Source: an uncultured Gammaproteobacteria bacterium (GTDB taxonomy: Bacteria; Patescibacteriota; Patescibacteriia; UBA11705; JABHMO01). Taken from it: a stretch of DNA of 64,000 nt. Shown here piece after piece: positions 46,934 through 56,000 of this stretch (within the stretch, counting starts at the first letter, position 1; each line of letters opens with the position of its first letter). The notes below the pieces were generated by a model that was given only the letters and a program-made list of their open reading frames with translations, was not told the DNA's origin and did not search any database. The stretch spans positions 19,015-83,014 of the forward strand of contig CAZPYM010000005.1 in assembly GCA_964590105.1 (NCBI GenBank), read 5' to 3'. A program made the translations under genes and the position numbers.

Positions 46934-46961
46934 AAGTTGGGGCGTTTTTTTGATTATATAT
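46934..46961. terminator. Bidirectional rho-independent terminator
   Basis: aaaaaacgcccaact-aagttggggcgttttttt. Confidence 0.55.
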
Positions 46962-46964
46962 AAG

Positions 46965-48212
46965 TTATTGAAATATATTATCCCCTGCCGAATACCCAGT
47001 ACTCCAGGCCACTTGTAAATTATATCCGCCGGTCGGGCCGTCAAGATCCAGAATTTCGCCGGCAAAATACAGGTTGTCAAGAATTTTTGATTTCATGGTC
47101 TGCGGGTCAACTTCTTTTAGGTCAACGCCGCCGGAAGTTATAATGGCTTTTTCAAAGCCAACAAGACCTTTGACTGTAAGTTCAAACTCTTTGAGAAGTT
47201 TAAGTAATTTTTTCCGTTCGTCCTTGGTAATTTCATTTACTGCTTTGTCCGGCTTGATTCCCGATAATTCAATTATAACAGGGATGAGCTTTCCCGGCAG
47301 TAATTTGTCTAAACTGTTTTTGAATTTTTTGTTTTTTTGTTCTTCGAAATCGCGTAGAATTCTTTTATCCAGAGTCGGATAATCCAGGGCCGGTTTGAAA
47401 TCAATTTTTATTTTTAGGTTTTTATTAATGTTGGAACTTATTTTTTTGCTTAAATCCAGGATAACCGGCCCGCTCAAGCCATTGGCGGTGAAAAGCGCTT
47501 CGCCAAATTCAGATGCCAATTTCTGCCCCGCCCATAAACTGACCTCAGCGTTTTTTAAACTTAATCCTTCAAGTCTTTTTACAATTTGTTCTTTAACAAT
47601 AACGGGAGTAAGCGCAGGTTTTGGCTCGATGATTGTGTGACCGAGTTGTTTCAGCCATTTGTAAGCTTCGCCGGTAGAACCCGTGCCGGGATAAGATTTT
47701 CCGCCGGTAGCGAGAATATAATTGTCCGCTTGAATTTCTTCGCCGTTCATCAAGATGATTTTTTCAATTTTATTATTTTTGGCTGTTATTTTTTTGACCG
47801 AACTATTAAACTTAACTTCCACTTTATTGATTTCTAAATATTGAACCAAACAATTAACTACATCTCGAGCCTTGTCTGAAACTGGAAAGACTCGGTTGCC
47901 CCTTTCAATTTTTGTTTTTAATCTGTGTTTTTCGAAAAAGTCCACGACTTCTTTGTTGGGAAATTTATTTAGGGCGGAATACAAAAATTTTCCATTTGGC
48001 CCGTAAGCATTAATTATTTTTTTCAAATCTTCCTCGGCATTGGTAATGTTGCATCTGCCTTTGCCGGTAATGAGAAGTTTTGCGCCGAGAGTATTATTTT
48101 TCTCGATCAAAGCAACGCCGGCGCCGAGTTCTGCCGCGTGTCCGGCGGCCATCATGCCGGCCGGTCCGCCGCCAATAACGGCCAGCTGGTATTTATTCTT
48201 GGTCATAAGCAT
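46965..48212 (-). CDS. FAD-dependent oxidoreductase, HI0933/BaiN-like (aminoacetone-oxidase family)
   Basis: N-terminal LAVIGGGPAGMMAAGHAA dinucleotide-binding motif. C-terminal GGVDLKEVDP. Confidence 0.7.
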   Translation of the reverse strand: MLMTKNKYQLAVIGGGPAGMMAAGHAAELGAGVALIEKNNTLGAKLLITGKGRCNITNAEEDLKKIINAYGPNGKFLYSALNKFPNKEVVDFFEKHRLKTKIERGNRVFPVSDKARDVVNCLVQYLEINKVEVKFNSSVKKITAKNNKIEKIILMNGEEIQADNYILATGGKSYPGTGSTGEAYKWLKQLGHTIIEPKPALTPVIVKEQIVKRLEGLSLKNAEVSLWAGQKLASEFGEALFTANGLSGPVILDLSKKISSNINKNLKIKIDFKPALDYPTLDKRILRDFEEQKNKKFKNSLDKLLPGKLIPVIIELSGIKPDKAVNEITKDERKKLLKLLKEFELTVKGLVGFEKAIITSGGVDLKEVDPQTMKSKILDNLYFAGEILDLDGPTGGYNLQVAWSTGYSAGDNIFQ

Positions 48213-49881
48213 TGATAATGGCTTCGCTGACTATCATACCATCTACGGCAGATGAAACAATGCCGCCGGCATAGCCAGCTCCTTCGCCCGCCGGATAGAT
48301 GCCGGCAATATTTGATTGCTTTGTTTCATTGTCGCGTGTAATGCGTAGAGGCGCGGAAGATCTGCTTTCAATTGCCGTTAAAACAGCGTCTGGGTGGGCA
48401 AAGCCTTTTAGTTTTTTTTCCAGTTCCGGTAGTGCTTCTCTCAGGCTATTAACCACAAAGTCCGGCAAACAATCATCCAGCGATGCCGGAGTCACTCCGG
48501 GTTTATAAGTTGGAATTATGCTTTTAATTTCCTTTGATTTTTTCATGTTTAGAAAATCGCCAACAAGCTGAACAGGGGCAAAATAATTTTTACCGCCGAT
48601 TTCAAAGGTCTTTTGTTCCCATTTTTTTTGAAATTCAAGGCCGGCTAGCGGATGATCTGATTCAAAGTCTTTGCTGGCGACATTTACCAGCAGGGCGGAA
48701 TTTGAATTTTCTCCGTCCCGAGCATATTTGCTCATGCCATTGGTGACAACACAGCCTTCTTCAGATATGGCCGGCACTACGTAACCGCTAGGACACATGC
48801 AAAAGGTGTATACGCTTCGATTTTTGGCGCTATGGCTGACTAATTTATATCTGGCGGAACCTAATTTTTTGTGATTGAAAAAGTTATCGTATTGAGCTTT
48901 GTTTATGGCTTCGGCTTTGTGCTCTATTCGTACGCCGATTGAAAAACCTTTTTGTTCCAGGTTTAATTTTCTTTTAAATAGCATTTTATAAGTGTCGCGG
49001 GCAGAGTAGCCGATGGCCAGGACCAGCTTGTCAGTTTTTATTTGTTTTTGGCCATTTAAAATTACGGCAGTTAATTTGCCGTCTGAGATTTTTATATCAG
49101 TTAATTCTGTGTTGAAGCGCACTTCGCCACCGAGCTTAATAATTTGTTTTCTGATGTTTTTGGCAACTTCCCTTATTTTGTCCGTGCCAATATGCGGCTC
49201 GGCATCCCAAAGTATTTGTTCCGGCGCGCCGGCCGTCACCAGTTCGTCAAAAATATATTTTATGCGCGGATTGGTGATGAGGGTGTTTAACTTGCCGTCT
49301 GAAAAAGTGCCTGCCCCTCCCTCACCGAATTGAATGTTTGATCTGGGGTTTAATTTTCCGGTTGAAAGAAAAATCTCAACATCTTTTATCCGCGAATCAA
49401 CATCAGCTCCGCGGTCTATAACCAGCGGATTCAAGCCGGCTTTTGCCAATACTAGCGCTGCAAATAGGCCGCAAGGACCTGTTCCCACTACGATTGGGTG
49501 GCTTTTGGTTTTTGCCAGATCAATCGGAGGAATCTTATAAATGTATGGCTCTTTAATTTTTATTCGATGGCGGGTGATGTTTTGTTGAACAAGTTTTTTG
49601 TTCAGTGTTTTTTGTTCATCTTTTACTGCAACATCAACAGAATACACAAAATAAATCATCAGGCGTTTTTTGCGCGAGTCTATGGCGCGTTTTGTTATAG
49701 TGAAGCGTGTTATCTCGGCTAAACTTAAATCCAGAATCTGAGCAATTTTTCTTGGCAGTTCGCTGTCCGCGTGAGTGATTGGCAGGGTAATTTGTTGGAT
49801 GGAGATCATGTGTTTTTGGCAGTCATTATTTCTGTTTGTGGTAATACCAATCCGGAGTATAATCCAAAGAAATTCCGCCAA
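48193..49881 (-). CDS. FAD-dependent dehydrogenase (COG2509-like)
   Basis: IVVGTGPCGLFAALVLAKAG Rossmann motif. The real start is probably the MISIQQ Met near 49812. Confidence 0.6.
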   Translation of the reverse strand: MAEFLWIILRIGITTNRNNDCQKHMISIQQITLPITHADSELPRKIAQILDLSLAEITRFTITKRAIDSRKKRLMIYFVYSVDVAVKDEQKTLNKKLVQQNITRHRIKIKEPYIYKIPPIDLAKTKSHPIVVGTGPCGLFAALVLAKAGLNPLVIDRGADVDSRIKDVEIFLSTGKLNPRSNIQFGEGGAGTFSDGKLNTLITNPRIKYIFDELVTAGAPEQILWDAEPHIGTDKIREVAKNIRKQIIKLGGEVRFNTELTDIKISDGKLTAVILNGQKQIKTDKLVLAIGYSARDTYKMLFKRKLNLEQKGFSIGVRIEHKAEAINKAQYDNFFNHKKLGSARYKLVSHSAKNRSVYTFCMCPSGYVVPAISEEGCVVTNGMSKYARDGENSNSALLVNVASKDFESDHPLAGLEFQKKWEQKTFEIGGKNYFAPVQLVGDFLNMKKSKEIKSIIPTYKPGVTPASLDDCLPDFVVNSLREALPELEKKLKGFAHPDAVLTAIESRSSAPLRITRDNETKQSNIAGIYPAGEGAGYAGGIVSSAVDGMIVSEAIINAYDQE

Positions 49882-50335
49882 AAGCGACCGGTTGACCTTG
49901 TTTGTGAGTTTGGCGATTGAAATTTAAACTTTGTTCCGCAATTTTTTTGATTATGTCCAGCTTTCTTTTTAAGCTTTCATCCTGGATCGATTGTTTCCTT
50001 TTTTCTAAAAATTTCAGATAGGCTAAACTAATACTTTCAGATAAAAGCCAGCTAACTCCGGCTCGGCCCTCGTTTGTGTTTGTTTTATTAATTTTTTCAA
50101 TAAATCCTTTTAGTTGCGCCTGCCAGTCTGCCGGATTTTCCTTTTTAATTTCTTCAATCAGAAAAGCCAGGCTTACTCTGGAGCTTGTAGTTTCTATGGC
50201 CAAACCCTCGACGTTTTTAAGTTGTTCTAGTAGATTATCATATTCCGTAATTTCAGTTTTGAAAGGTTCTTTTTGCGTTTTATTTCCATCTTTCGTAATG
50301 GAGGCACGTGAAATTTGATTTTTAAAACCTACCAT
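49826..50335 (-). CDS. Hypothetical protein
   Basis: ORF only. Confidence 0.35.
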   Translation of the reverse strand: MVGFKNQISRASITKDGNKTQKEPFKTEITEYDNLLEQLKNVEGLAIETTSSRVSLAFLIEEIKKENPADWQAQLKGFIEKINKTNTNEGRAGVSWLLSESISLAYLKFLEKRKQSIQDESLKRKLDIIKKIAEQSLNFNRQTHKQGQPVAFGGISLDYTPDWYYHKQK

Positions 50336-50363
50336 ATTTTTATTTTTAAAAATATTAAATTGT

Positions 50364-52442
50364 CTAGATCCCCATGAATTCTTTTTCTTGTTTTGTTATA
50401 TAAAATTTAAGTGCTTGGATTGTCTTGTCGAATTCATCAGGATTGTCTATGTTTGACCTAATTTTTTCTTGAAGCTTCATTATTTCAAGAAGATCCTCCT
50501 CGTCCACCTGTGCGCCAATAGAGGTACTGAATTCTGTTAAAAGTGTTTCAACTCTATCAGGGGTACGTGTTTCGAGGGCTTCAAATCCTCTAACTAAATC
50601 TCTAACTTCGTTACTAATGGTTGCTTGCTCGAATGATTGGAAAAGTTCTTCAATGTCTGATGTATTTTCATCAAGCTCTGGTGCAAATTCGAAAACCGCG
50701 TTATCGCTTGAATACCTTAATTGACCTATAAGTGATTTTTTTTCTTCCTCGGTTTTGGCCACTCTTATTTGCCTTATGATTTTCGCCATGTGTTCCATGA
50801 CATCTTCCGAAACGCCAAAATCTTCCATAGCTTTTTTAAAGGCCTTGGTTGAAATTTTATCACCAAAGAGATCACCGATTAGTGCTTGTGACCTGGAAAT
50901 ATCCATAGTAATATGCGGAACCATCCTGCCCTTGTTTTCTGCTATTTTAATATCTTTTAATACACCGGCGTATTGTCCTAAGGTCATTTCTACTGTGACT
51001 GGGTTAAACTGATTCTCAATAGCACTGTGAAATCCTGATTTTCTGACCGCATCAGGCTCGTTATCTGCTAGTGTGCGTAACTGAGCTTTGTACATTTCCA
51101 GGGCTTCAGACGTGACTTCTCCTCCGTGTTTATCGGCAAAAAGTTTTACTTTTTGTAATATTTTGATAACCCTTGGTTCCCTAAAGAAAGCTGGGCATTT
51201 TGTTTCCGCTGTGACTCCCAGGGCGTCAACTGTTGAGGTGATTGAGCGAATCAGATCAGGATTAAACCCTTTTTTTGGATCGGCTGGAGTTCTGTATTCT
51301 GATTTTGGATAGCTGTGTTGTAAAATTCCGTCTCTGATCATTTCATAACCATCTTTACCGAATTTTTGTGTGTAATATTCTGTATTGGCTTCTATGAATT
51401 TTGTGCTGAAAAGAGGATGGTCTTTGGAAGCGGCAAAACTTGCTTTTGCCTGCGCCACACCGACTGTGTAGCCTAAATCGTGATCAATGATAATTTGATG
51501 AATTAAAACTTTGTCTTTGGCTGAAATTTTATTGCCCAAACTGGCCATCATTTTGTCAGCCATTGTCATATTGCCTTCCAAAATATGTCTTGTGCCGTGG
51601 TCGCTGCCGGAAAAAACCTGTTTGTCTCTCTCTGTCTGGTAAGCTAATTTTCTGGCATTATCCCGAGTTACTTCAAAAATTTGTTCGGGCGCCGCATCTG
51701 GGAAAGCCTCTGCATAAACGGCTGTAAACTTTTCCGCTTCTGCATGAATTAATCTTGCTTCATCTTCTTTAATAAAACCTTTTTCAGTTAGTTCTTTTAG
51801 TTCTGAAGAAATTTGTTCGCTAATTTGTTCAGTCCTTTCAATAGTCACCTCAGGTCTATGTCTCAATTCCAACCGGTCAAGGATATCTGAGGTAATGGAA
51901 TCCGGTTTTATCGCCCCGGCTTCTATTTTTCCGGCCAATGCGTTGTAAGCTTCACGCTGCGCCGTTTCGTGATCTTCTAATGTTTTTGCTCCTCGGTGGG
52001 CTTGACTAACTAGTCCTTCTCCGTAATCATCTTTAGTTTTTGCTCTTAATTCAGCTAATTGTTCCCGCGTGTAAGTATCTTTAAGTCCGGTTGATTTTTC
52101 CGTTGTCTCTTCCAGCGCTGCTCCGGTCGGAACTTCGGCAATAATTTTATTCAGCGTTTGTGAGGAAAGTGCCAAGGTTTGTTTCTGGATCTTGGCAATG
52201 GTCGTTTTTCCCGCCTCAACATCTTCAGTCCCGCCAATTGAAATAGCAGCTTTTTCCACGCGGGAAGAACCTGCTTCAATGGTTTCGGCAGCTGTTTCTT
52301 CAACTTTTTTTGCTGTTTGACCTGCCAATTCGATTAGATCTTCTGGTGTTTCAATCTTTCCTACTGGCCTTTCTGCTAATTTGGGCAGTTTTTCTGTTTT
52401 TGGCTGGATTTCTTGATGTTTTAATTGTTCTGCCTGTGGCAT
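50364..52442 (-). CDS. Large hypothetical protein with HD-like motif
   Basis: HGTRHILEG ... IIIDHDLGYT resembles the H...HD phosphohydrolase signature. Confidence 0.4.
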   Translation of the reverse strand: MPQAEQLKHQEIQPKTEKLPKLAERPVGKIETPEDLIELAGQTAKKVEETAAETIEAGSSRVEKAAISIGGTEDVEAGKTTIAKIQKQTLALSSQTLNKIIAEVPTGAALEETTEKSTGLKDTYTREQLAELRAKTKDDYGEGLVSQAHRGAKTLEDHETAQREAYNALAGKIEAGAIKPDSITSDILDRLELRHRPEVTIERTEQISEQISSELKELTEKGFIKEDEARLIHAEAEKFTAVYAEAFPDAAPEQIFEVTRDNARKLAYQTERDKQVFSGSDHGTRHILEGNMTMADKMMASLGNKISAKDKVLIHQIIIDHDLGYTVGVAQAKASFAASKDHPLFSTKFIEANTEYYTQKFGKDGYEMIRDGILQHSYPKSEYRTPADPKKGFNPDLIRSITSTVDALGVTAETKCPAFFREPRVIKILQKVKLFADKHGGEVTSEALEMYKAQLRTLADNEPDAVRKSGFHSAIENQFNPVTVEMTLGQYAGVLKDIKIAENKGRMVPHITMDISRSQALIGDLFGDKISTKAFKKAMEDFGVSEDVMEHMAKIIRQIRVAKTEEEKKSLIGQLRYSSDNAVFEFAPELDENTSDIEELFQSFEQATISNEVRDLVRGFEALETRTPDRVETLLTEFSTSIGAQVDEEDLLEIMKLQEKIRSNIDNPDEFDKTIQALKFYITKQEKEFMGI

Positions 52443-52453
52443 ATAATTATGGC

Positions 52454-52636
52454 CTAGTTGCTCAGGGTTTTTCTAATCTCTTTTATCTTTTTTTGTTCCA
52501 GTTCTTTTATGAACTGATTGATAATTGTATTCTGTTTAATTTTTAGCTTGTTTAATTTAGCCAAATATTCCGCATAAATAGCTTCAATTTTTTTGGCTTT
52601 TTGTTGGAGCTCTTTTTGGGATATTTTTGGATTCAT
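52454..52636 (-). CDS. Small coiled-coil protein, hypothetical
   Basis: 60-aa Lys/Glu-rich ORF. Confidence 0.3.
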   Translation of the reverse strand: MNPKISQKELQQKAKKIEAIYAEYLAKLNKLKIKQNTIINQFIKELEQKKIKEIRKTLSN

Positions 52637-52738
52637 ACGTTAAAAGTTATACATGGCGGCGAGATAATCATTCTGGTTATTATAATATTACTAGAAAATT
52701 CGATAAAATACAATAATAATTGTTTTACCTCGGTTAAA

Positions 52739-52975
52739 TTATGAGCTCCTGTTGTTTGGATTTTTTTCAGGATAACAACAAAGCACATTGTCGAGATATT
52801 CAATCCCGCAAAAATATTTGCAGATGGAAATGTTTTTTACAGCGCACTTGTGTTTATTGTTTTTTTCAGCTTCGTTCCAGGGGCATTTTATTTGTTTCCA
52901 GGATACCTTGTCTCTGGAGGTTAAGTCAATGTCCATGTTGGCGCCGTCTAGTTTTTTAATTATTTTTTTATTCAT
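52739..52975 (-). CDS. Small Cys-rich protein, hypothetical
   Basis: CPWNEAEKNNKHKCAVKNISICKYFCGIEYLDNVLCC. Confidence 0.3.
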   Translation of the reverse strand: MNKKIIKKLDGANMDIDLTSRDKVSWKQIKCPWNEAEKNNKHKCAVKNISICKYFCGIEYLDNVLCCYPEKNPNNRSS

Positions 52976-53081
52976 GTGTTTATGGTTTGTTTTATTATGG
53001 AAATCCAAAAGTTTGGTTTTGCCTATTTAAAAACAAAACAACTTATTTATTATAAATAGGCTGCTTTGTAATGTGACTTGC

Positions 53082-56000
53082 TTACTCATTCATCTTTGTT
53101 CTTGTTTCTGATCCGAAATGTCCGATAGCCGGATAAAGGTTATTGGCTTGTTGAAATTTAATCAGGGCTGACCGAGTCAGGCTACCGAAAAGATCGGTTT
53201 CATTGCCGGGCGAGCCCGGACTGGAGTCAGTTAATTGAAAACCATTGTTATTCAGATATTTTTGTAATTCTCTGACGTCTTCTCCCTGCATATTTATTTC
53301 CAAATCCCTAGTAAATATATAACCCTGCGGTTTTACAATATTTTTGCCGTCCGCGAAGGAAATACTATCTTTTATTGTTAGGATAGCGTCCCATTTGTAG
53401 TTATAATAATTAAAGGCAGCCTCATTTATGATCAAGCTCTTTAAATTGTTTTGGATGAGATAAACTTTAACCGAATTATTGTATTTGATTAGTTCCCCTT
53501 CATATGACGGGATTTCTTCGGTAATAACTTCTCCTGTGTTGAATATAATATTATTTTCTACTGTTTGAATATCATTCCAGTCATAGCCAAGATTTTCAAA
53601 TGTTTTGGCGTCAACAATCCAGCGCACTTCCTCGTTTTCAACCAAGTAAACTTTTGGCGAATCAGGATATTTGATTAGTTCCCCTTCATATGACGGGTTT
53701 TCTTCGGTAATAACTTCTCCTATGTTGAAGACAATATTATTTTCTACTGTTTGGATATCAGTCCAGGCATAGCCAAGATTTTCAAATGTTTTAGCGTCAA
53801 CAATCCATCGCATTTCCCCGTTTTCAACCAAGTAAACTTTTGGCGAATCAGGATATTTGATTAGTTTGCCATCGAGTGTGGGTTCGGTATTTGGAATCGT
53901 CACAATGGGCAAAACAGTGTCAACCGGTGGCAGGCTGGTGGTGGGCGGAGGCGTGGAGACTGGCGCGCTCCCACTGCTTGGAGCAACGACAACGGGCGCC
54001 ACATATCTTCTGCCGGTTGAGCCGGTAGTAAAATTCCAGGTTGTTGTGTCTGCTATTCCTGCAAAACTATTGCCTATGGCGTTATCAAAAGCAGAGGCGT
54101 CTATTTTTATATAATAAGCAGTACTGCCGGACAGGTCCAGTGTCGGATCCAATGTTATTATTGTTGTGCCGGAGCCGGAAATGTCGGCGGTGACATCAAA
54201 TGTTTGGATAATTGTATTGTCTGATTTATACAAAACAATATTGCCAGTTTCCGCATCTACGGCTTCCGAAAAGGTAATAACTAAATTTGAAGTAATGCCA
54301 GCTGATTCCGCATCGTCGGCAGGCGACAGTGTTGCTACAATTGGCGCTGTTGTATCAATAATCAAGGCTTTGGACGCGGCCAGAGTGGTCGTGGGGGTGT
54401 AATTTGATAATGCGTTGCCCGCTTGATCGGCGATGGTGCCGGAGATGGTGGCGTCAAGATCAAGCGAGGTATCTCCGGCCTGCACCGTGTAATTGCAAGT
54501 TCCGGTGGCCTCATTCGTGGCCGTGAAAGTGCAAGTGCGATCAGTGTCGCCGGTCTCAAGTGTAATTGTTATATCTCCCGTAGAAGTAATTGCTTCGGAA
54601 AAAACAACGTCAATGTCAATTACCGTGCCTGCATTGTAGGTCCCATTAGTTTTACTTGAAGAAATGGATGTAATGGTCGGCGCGGTGGTGTCCCAAGTTA
54701 AATTGAAGGTGTCCGTGGCGGAATTGCCTGCATTATCCGTTGAAAGTAATTGAATAACATAGTCATCGTCCACAGAAGCGGAAATGGTTGTATCCTCAGC
54801 CGCTGATGTGCCAAAAGTAATTGTGCCGGAACCCGAAACCTTTGACCACAGGTAGCTGGCTATGCCGGAAGTTGCGTCCGTTACGGTGGCATTTTGAGTA
54901 AACTGGCTTTTTTGAGTCGAATTTGTTCCGGCTTCAACGGTGGGAGTGGTGGTGTCAATGACCAGCTCTTTCGACGCGGCCAGCGTGGTCGTGGGGGTGT
55001 AACTTGATAATCCATTGCCTGCTTGATCAGTAATGGTGCCGGAAATCGTGGCGTCAAGATCAAGCGACGTGTCACCGGCTTTGACCGTGTAGTTGCAAGT
55101 GCCGGTGGACTCATTCGTGGCCGTGAAAGTGCAAGTGCGATCATTATCGCCCGTTTCGAGGGTAATAATTATAACGCCGCTCGAGGTGACTGCTTCGGAA
55201 AAAACAACATCGATGTCAATTACCGTATCTACTGTATATGAGCCATTGGTTTTACTTGAAGAAATGGAGGTAATGGTCGGAACGGTAACGTCGGTAGTGA
55301 AAGTGGATAATTTGGGATTGGCCGCGGATTCAAACCCGTGATTGTCAATAATGTAAGCGTAATAGTTGTGCGCGCTGTCGCCATCCTCGAATAGAGCGGT
55401 GTAAGAGCAGGAAGGGTTGGAAGCGGAAGCGGTGGAATTGCACCACTGTCCGCCTATGCCGCAAGCGCCGCCGGCAAAATCATTTGATTTACAAACATAC
55501 AAAGTCACGGTGTCCGCACTGCCATCGATGTCAGGATCAGAGGCGGTCGCGGAAAAGGTAACGTTTGCACCAAGTTTTGTCGGATCCGGGGAATCCGCTA
55601 TGGCTGAAAAGCCGGGCGCATGGTCGACTGTGAATGGAGATCCGGGATCCTCCGCGCCTTGGGCCGATGCGGAACATTCGGAAAATTCATTATAATCGCA
55701 GACAAAAGCATACCATTCGTTTGATTCATCATCTCCTATGAGTGTGGTGTAGGTGACAGTGGCCGGTGCTCCGGAAGCGGTCGATGTGGAAATCGCCCAA
55801 CTGTCCCCGTCGCAAGTGGGCGCGCCGTTATTAACTGCGGTTACGGCATCGGTTTTACAAATTGCCAAATAATAATTATCTGACTGGGTGTCTGTGGCTG
55901 TCGCGGTAAATGTTACATTGCTTCCGACTTTGGTTGGGGTGGTTGAACTTGAATTGCCGTCCGATGGTCCAGCTGAAATGGTTGGCGCGGTATTGAGATC

